From assembly GCA_031370785.1 (NCBI GenBank), contig JANMQY010000143.1, positions 1-13,222 on the forward strand: 13,222 bases of DNA, given 5' to 3'. The notes under the pieces were generated by a model. It worked only from the letters and a program-made list of their open reading frames with translations. It did no database searches and was not told where the DNA came from. The translations under genes were made by a program, and so were the position numbers. The DNA is from Candidatus Eiseniibacteriota bacterium. GTDB lineage: Bacteria > Eisenbacteria > RBG-16-71-46. Shown piece by piece: positions 8,442 through 13,222 of this stretch. The stretch's first letter is position 1. Every line of letters begins with the position of its first letter.

Positions 8442-8864
8442 CTATTCCAGCCGCAACCGGCTGCGATCGCTGCCGACCACCACGGTGACGTCCGCCAGAT
8501 CCAGACCCCACGCCTGCCGGATCACCGGCGGGCCGCCCAGGTATCGGGACACCGCACGCGCCGCCGCGGCATCCTCGCGCCGCGCGACCACCAGGGTCGC
8601 GAAGTAATCGGTGCGGTCGGCGTTCCTCACTTCCACCACCTGAAATCCTCCGTCGCGCAGGTACGAGGCGACGCGCGAGGCGATGCCGCCCTCGCCCGAG
8701 CCGTTCAGCACCTGCACCCGGATCACCCGGTTCTTCGGTCCGCCCAGATTCGGCGTCGGATGAGGCACGAAATGCGCCCATACGACCGAGCCGACCAGCG
8801 CCGCGACCACCGCTCCCAGCAACCACACCAGGAACTGGCCGGCGCGGCTAGCCTTTGCTGCCAC
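8442..8864 (-). CDS. Membrane-anchored LytR C-terminal (LytR_C) domain protein
   Basis: N-terminal TM helix, then IRVQVLNGSGEGGIASRVASYLRDGGFQV...NAD...DVTVVVGSD, the typical LytR_C pattern. Confidence 0.85.
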   Translation of the reverse strand: MAAKASRAGQFLVWLLGAVVAALVGSVVWAHFVPHPTPNLGGPKNRVIRVQVLNGSGEGGIASRVASYLRDGGFQVVEVRNADRTDYFATLVVARREDAAAARAVSRYLGGPPVIRQAWGLDLADVTVVVGSDRSRLRLE

Positions 8865-9384
8865 CGGTGCTCCGCCCGATACGCCGCGGACGCTCGATCG
8901 CGCGGATCGCGGCCCGCAGGCGCGACCAGGTGCGGCCGAGCGATTCCGGGAGCACCTTGGTTTCGCCGATCACCGACATGAAGTTCGTGTCGCCGTTCCA
9001 GCGTGGGACCAGATGCAGATGCAGGTGCCCCGGAAATCCCGCGCCCGCTCCCGCGCCGACGTTGGCTCCGTAGTTCATGCCGTGCGGGCGATATTCCGCC
9101 TCGAGCGCCCGCTCCGCAAGCGCGGTCAACGAAATCAGCGCCTCGCGCTCGGCCGGGCTCAGGTCGCGGAACTGCGCGACGTGCCGCCCGACCGCCACCA
9201 TCAGGTGCGCGGGATTGTAGGGAAACCGGTTGAGCATCAGCATCGCGTGCGGGGTGCGCGCCAGCACCAGGTCCGCGCGGTCGGCACGGACCCGGCGCAC
9301 GCGGCAGAACAGGCACCCGGCGGGTTTCGATGCCTTGCGCACGTATTCCATGCGCCACGGCGCCCACAGCCTGTCGATCGCCAC
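8848..9384 (-). CDS. HIT-family nucleotide hydrolase/phosphorylase (Ap4A phosphorylase-like)
   Basis: RLWAPWRMEYV N-terminus, CLFC, LNRFPYNPAHLMV, GMNYGANVGAGAGAG and triad HLHLHLVPRWNGDTNFM. GTG start at 9384 lies 1 nt after the upstream stop; 178 aa. Confidence 0.92.
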   Translation of the reverse strand: MAIDRLWAPWRMEYVRKASKPAGCLFCRVRRVRADRADLVLARTPHAMLMLNRFPYNPAHLMVAVGRHVAQFRDLSPAEREALISLTALAERALEAEYRPHGMNYGANVGAGAGAGFPGHLHLHLVPRWNGDTNFMSVIGETKVLPESLGRTWSRLRAAIRAIERPRRIGRSTGGSKG

Positions 9385-9385
9385 C

Positions 9386-10174
9386 TCAGCGCCCCCGCCC
9401 CGAAGGGTCCAGCTCACGGTAGATCTGCTCCGCCTCGGCGAGCTGCTCCACGGTGTTGATGCCCAGCAGCTCGCGGTAGTCGGGCGCGCACACCACCGAC
9501 GTGACGCGGCCGGCGCGCCGCAGCAGCGCGACCGTGTCGGTGAGGTAGTACTCGCCCTGCGCATTGTGCGCGGTCAGCCCCGACAGCACCGTGACCAGCT
9601 CGGGGTAGTCGAATGCGTAGATCGCCGAGTTCACCTCGTCGATCGCTTTCTGCTCGGGCGTGGTGTCGCGGTCTTCCACGATCGAGAGGATTGCCCCCGG
9701 CACTCCCGGCTCGGCGGGCCCGCTGCGCACGATGCGTCCGTAGCCGGTGGGATCGGGCAGGCGCATCGAGAGTACGGTCACCGCCGCGCCGCTCGCCTCG
9801 TGCGCGGCCAGCAGGCCGTGCAGGGTCGAGGCGCGCAGCAGCGGCGTGTCGCCGCACACCACCAGCAAGGTTCCCGCGAAATCTTCGAGCGCGCTTCCGG
9901 CCACCAGCACGGCGTGCCCGGTGCCGCGCTGCTCGGCCTGCACCACCCACTCGAGATCATCGTCGGGGAATGCGGCGCGCACCTTCTCGCGCTGGTGCCC
10001 GATCACCACGATCTGGCGCCCCACGCCGAGCTGGTCGAGCGTCTGCAGCACGTAGCCGAGCAGCGGACGCCCGGCCATCGGATGCAGCACCTTGGCGAGG
10101 TCGCTCTTCATGCGCGTGCCCTGTCCCGCGGCGAGCACCAGCGCGGCCACGCCGGGATGCGAGTACGAGCTCAT
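9386..10174 (-). CDS. Sugar-phosphate nucleotidyltransferase equivalent to the GlmU N-terminal uridyltransferase domain only
   Basis: LVLAAGQGTRMKSDLAKVLH, QAEQRGTGHAV, GDTPLL, PTGYGRIVR, IVEDRD, EVNSAIY, NAQGEYYLTD and GIN. The protein ends at 262 aa with no hexapeptide-repeat acetyltransferase domain. Confidence 0.9.
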   Translation of the reverse strand: MSSYSHPGVAALVLAAGQGTRMKSDLAKVLHPMAGRPLLGYVLQTLDQLGVGRQIVVIGHQREKVRAAFPDDDLEWVVQAEQRGTGHAVLVAGSALEDFAGTLLVVCGDTPLLRASTLHGLLAAHEASGAAVTVLSMRLPDPTGYGRIVRSGPAEPGVPGAILSIVEDRDTTPEQKAIDEVNSAIYAFDYPELVTVLSGLTAHNAQGEYYLTDTVALLRRAGRVTSVVCAPDYRELLGINTVEQLAEAEQIYRELDPSGRGR

Positions 10175-11073
10175 CTAGGCTCCCATTCGAAGTTGTCGAT
10201 CAGGCGGGTGCGCCCGACCCGCGCCGCGACCGCGACCAGCACGCGGCCCTTGACCCTGCGTACCGGCGACAGCGTCTCTGCATCCACCACCGCGACGTAG
10301 TCCTCCTCCACGCCGGACCAATCGCGCCAGACCTTCCGGACCTGTGCGCGAAGCCGGTTCGCCGAACGCTCGCCGTCCTGAAGCGCGCGCCGCGCGGCGG
10401 CCAGCCCGAGCGACAGCGCGACCGCGCTCGATCTCTGTTCACGGGACAGATACCGGTTCCGCGACGAGAGCGCCAGTCCGTCGGCTTCGCGCACGATGCG
10501 CGCGCGGTGCACCCTGACCGGCAGAAATAAGTCGCGCGCCATCTGCTCGATGAGCCGCGCCTGCTGCGCATCCTTCTGCCCGAGCCACAGGTCATCCGGC
10601 GCGACCACGTTGAGCAGCTTGAGCACGATCGTCGACACGCCTTCGAAGTGGCCGGGTCGCGAAGCGCCTTCGAGCACCGCATCGAGCCCGTCCACGCTCA
10701 CGCGCGTCCTGTCCCCGGGCGGATAGAGATCGGCGACGCCGGGCTCCCACAGCAGGTCCGCGCCGGCCGCGGCGAGCAGGGTGTGATCGCGCCGGCGCGG
10801 CCGCGGATAGGCGCGATAGTCCTCGCCCGGACCGAACTGCAGCGGATTGACGAACACGCTGACCACCACTCGATCCGAAGCCGCGCGCGCCAGCCGGATC
10901 AGCGACAGGTGTCCGGCGTGGATCGCGCCCATGGTCGGCACAAATCCGATGCGCAGTCCGCGCGCGCGCCACGCGCCGGTCGCGCGCCGCGCCGCCGCCA
11001 CTGCGCGCACCGTCCGCATCCTGACCTTTGCCCGGCTCGGGCGCCGGGGGGCCGACGCCCTTGATGCTGCCAT
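10171..11073 (-). CDS. panC: Pantoate--beta-alanine ligase
   Basis: GFVPTMGAIHAGHLSL, SVFVNPLQF, RPGHFEGV, GQKDAQQ, READGLALSSRN and RLIDN. ATG overlaps the panB stop (TGATG); ATG 11019 is an alternative start. Confidence 0.96.
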   Translation of the reverse strand: MAASRASAPRRPSRAKVRMRTVRAVAAARRATGAWRARGLRIGFVPTMGAIHAGHLSLIRLARAASDRVVVSVFVNPLQFGPGEDYRAYPRPRRRDHTLLAAAGADLLWEPGVADLYPPGDRTRVSVDGLDAVLEGASRPGHFEGVSTIVLKLLNVVAPDDLWLGQKDAQQARLIEQMARDLFLPVRVHRARIVREADGLALSSRNRYLSREQRSSAVALSLGLAAARRALQDGERSANRLRAQVRKVWRDWSGVEEDYVAVVDAETLSPVRRVKGRVLVAVAARVGRTRLIDNFEWEPR

Positions 11074-11915
11074 CAGTACGACTCCGTCTCGTTCGGAAAG
11101 CGGCGCGCGCGCACGTCGGCGACGAAGCGCTCGAAGGCGTCGCGGGTCGCATCGCCCAGCTCGGCATAGCGGCGCACGAACTTGGGAGTGTGGCCGAGGT
11201 AGAGCCCGAGCAGGTCGTGGCTCACCAGCACCTGTCCATCGCAGCCCGGGCCGGCGCCGATCCCGATTGTCGGGATCGCCAGCTCGCGGCTCACCGCGGC
11301 GCCCAACCGCGAGGGAATGCCCTCGAGCACCAGCGAGAAGCAGCCGGCCTGCTGAAGCGCCGTCGCTTCGCGCATCAGGCGCTCCTGATCCGCTTCGCCG
11401 CGCGCCTGCACCTTGTAGCCGCCGAAGGCGAGCACCGACTGCGGCGTCAATCCGAGGTGACCCATCACCGGAATGCCGGCTTCGACGATCCGCTTGACCG
11501 CCTCGACCACGCGCTCGCCGCCTTCCAGCTTGATCGCGTCCGCGCCGCCTTCCTGAACCAGTCGCCCCGCGTTGGCGATCGCCTGCTCGGCGCTCACCTG
11601 GTAGGACATGAAGGGCATGTCGCCGACCACCATCGCGCTCGGCCTGGCGCGCGAGACCGCGCGCGTGTGATGGAGCATGTCGTCCATGGTCACCGGCAGC
11701 GTGCTGTCATAGCCGAGCACCACCGTGCCGACGCTGTCGCCGACCAGCAGGATCTCGACGCCCGCCTGATCCGCGAGCCGCGCGGTCGGGTGGTCGTAGG
11801 CGGTCACCACCGTGATGATCTCGCCGCGGCGCTTCATCTCGATGATCTGAGGCGCGGTGATCTTGGCGCGCGGGCCTTGCGTCGCGCGCACTCCCCCGCC
11901 CTTTTCAACGCTCAT
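11073..11915 (-). CDS. panB: 3-methyl-2-oxobutanoate hydroxymethyltransferase
   Basis: TAYD, LLVGDSVG, VVGDMPFMSY, IKLEGG, MGHLGLTPQS and IGIGAGPGCDGQVLV. ATGA overlap with the upstream gene. Confidence 0.97.
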   Translation of the reverse strand: MSVEKGGGVRATQGPRAKITAPQIIEMKRRGEIITVVTAYDHPTARLADQAGVEILLVGDSVGTVVLGYDSTLPVTMDDMLHHTRAVSRARPSAMVVGDMPFMSYQVSAEQAIANAGRLVQEGGADAIKLEGGERVVEAVKRIVEAGIPVMGHLGLTPQSVLAFGGYKVQARGEADQERLMREATALQQAGCFSLVLEGIPSRLGAAVSRELAIPTIGIGAGPGCDGQVLVSHDLLGLYLGHTPKFVRRYAELGDATRDAFERFVADVRARRFPNETESY

Positions 11916-12562
11916 GGCGTGCTCCCCCGCTCGATCGGCGCGTAGTACACCGTGCCCTGCCGGTGCGACACGATGCGCTTGAGAAGGTCTTCGAAGTCTT
12001 CAGAGTTGTTGACGAAGTCGATCGCATTGGTGTTCACCACCAGCAGCGGCGCCTCGAGGTAGTGGAAGAAGAAGTGATTGTAGGCCTCGTTGAGCTGGCG
12101 GATGTACTCGCGGTCCATGTCGCGCTCGAACGGGCGCCCGCGGCGGGCGATGCGCTCCATCAGCGTGTCGGGATTCGCCTGCAGGTAGACGACCACGTCC
12201 GGCTTCATCACGTCGAGCTCGAGCCAGCCGATCAGCTTGTCGTAGAGCGCCAGCTCCCGGTCCGACAGGTTGAGCCCCGCGAAGATCCGGTCCTTGGAGA
12301 ACAGGTAGTCCGAAACCATGCGCTCGCTGAACAGATCCAGCTGGCGAAGCGTGCGCTGCTGCTGGTAGCGGCTGAACAGGAAGTGCATCTGGGTCTGGAA
12401 CGCGAATCTCTGGCGGTCGCGGTAGAAATCCTTGAGGAACGGATTCTCTTCCACCTCCTCGAGCACCAGGCGCGCCTGAAGCTGCTCGCTCAGCAACTTC
12501 GAGAGACTCGTCTTGCCAACCCCGATCACGCCCTCGACGACGACGTAGCGGTTATCCGCCAT
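11912..12562 (-). CDS. Deoxynucleoside kinase family protein (dNK)
   Basis: P-loop VEGVIGVGKTS, ENPFLKDFY, FQTQMHFLFSRYQQ, PDVVVYLQA and lid RIARRGRPFE. Confidence 0.93.
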   Translation of the reverse strand: MADNRYVVVEGVIGVGKTSLSKLLSEQLQARLVLEEVEENPFLKDFYRDRQRFAFQTQMHFLFSRYQQQRTLRQLDLFSERMVSDYLFSKDRIFAGLNLSDRELALYDKLIGWLELDVMKPDVVVYLQANPDTLMERIARRGRPFERDMDREYIRQLNEAYNHFFFHYLEAPLLVVNTNAIDFVNNSEDFEDLLKRIVSHRQGTVYYAPIERGSTP

Positions 12563-12563
12563 C

Positions 12564-13058
12564 CTAGTTCCAGAGCCGGGTACCGCGCTTTACCGGCGGC
12601 CGGGTATTGAGCCGCGACAGAAGGTCGAGCAGCGTCTCGCCGGTGATCGGATGCACCAGCAACGGATCCAGCTCCACCAGCGGAACCAGCACGAACGATC
12701 TGCGCGTCAGCTCGGGATGCGGCACGTTCAGATCGGATTCCTCGACGACCTGCGAGCCGTACAGCAGGAGGTCCAGGTCGATGGTGCGCGGGCCCCACTT
12801 CTGGGTGCGCACGCGTCCGAGCCGCTTCTCGATGAGCAGCAGGTTCCACAGGAGCTGGCGCGCGGTCAGCTCGGTGTCGAGCTGAGCGACCGCGTTCAGG
12901 AAGTTGGGCTGATCCACATCCCCGGTCGGCTCGGTGTCGTAGAGCGACGAGGCGCGCACCAGCGTGGTCTGCGGCAGGCGCGCCAGGTCGTCGAGCGCGA
13001 GCCGGATCATGGCCTCGCGTTCTCCCAGGTTCGACCCCAGCCCGACGAATGCCCTCAC
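12564..13058 (-). CDS. folK: 2-amino-4-hydroxy-6-hydroxymethyldihydropteridine diphosphokinase (HPPK)
   Basis: AFVGLGSNLG, SSLYDTEP, FLNAV, WGPRTIDLDLLLY, VPHP and RSFVLVPL. GTG start at 13058 overlaps the folB stop (GTGA). Confidence 0.96.
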   Translation of the reverse strand: MRAFVGLGSNLGEREAMIRLALDDLARLPQTTLVRASSLYDTEPTGDVDQPNFLNAVAQLDTELTARQLLWNLLLIEKRLGRVRTQKWGPRTIDLDLLLYGSQVVEESDLNVPHPELTRRSFVLVPLVELDPLLVHPITGETLLDLLSRLNTRPPVKRGTRLWN

Positions 13059-13222
13059 TTCGCGCGCTCCCGCACCACCTCGATGACCGCGCGGCCACCG
13101 GTGGTCCATCCCAGGTTCTGCTTCGCGATCCGAACCCTCACCCGGCGCACCTGGAAGCGCTGGAGAATGGTCTCTGCGGTCGTGGCCGCCAGCGCCTCGA
13201 GCAGGTGGAAGCTCTTCGCGCC
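13055..13222 (-). CDS. folB: Dihydroneopterin aldolase, C-terminal part (cut by window edge)
   Basis: Manual translation GAKSFHLLEALAATTAETILQRFQVRRVRVRIAKQNLGWTTGGRAVIEVVRERAK*. It has the FxLLExLA and VxVxxxK motifs and is coupled directly to folK. Not in the ORF track. Confidence 0.85.
   Translation of the reverse strand, partial: GAKSFHLLEALAATTAETILQRFQVRRVRVRIAKQNLGWTTGGRAVIEVVRERAK

Overview
High-GC bacterial chromosomal window, mostly housekeeping genes; the host is not identifiable from the sequence alone. The right half is a tightly coupled minus-strand operon: folB (partial), folK, deoxynucleoside kinase, panB, panC, GlmU-N-like nucleotidyltransferase, HIT hydrolase, LytR_C-domain protein and tatA. 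It converges on a plus-strand PpiD/SurA-like chaperone. Divergent from that chaperone are a cytoplasmic PAS histidine kinase and an NtrC-family sigma54 enhancer-binding response regulator. A stand-alone uvrA lies at the left. The most interesting part is the ~750 bp gap between the regulator and uvrA (2929-3684), which no credible long ORF explains. On the minus strand it holds candidate activator-binding repeats, a well-matched sigma54 -24/-12 promoter, a hairpin-rich ~130 nt leader and a 10-nt Shine-Dalgarno. These lead to a 22-codon ORF missing from the ORF track (MAAKKKAAKKKGTKKKAAKKKK, 13 Lys, all AAG), then a 14-bp terminator-like hairpin and further stems. I infer a two-component/sigma54-controlled small transcript encoding a histone-H1-like polycationic micropeptide, possibly doubling as an (AAN)n regulatory RNA. 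No mobile elements, CRISPR arrays, tRNA or rRNA genes were seen.
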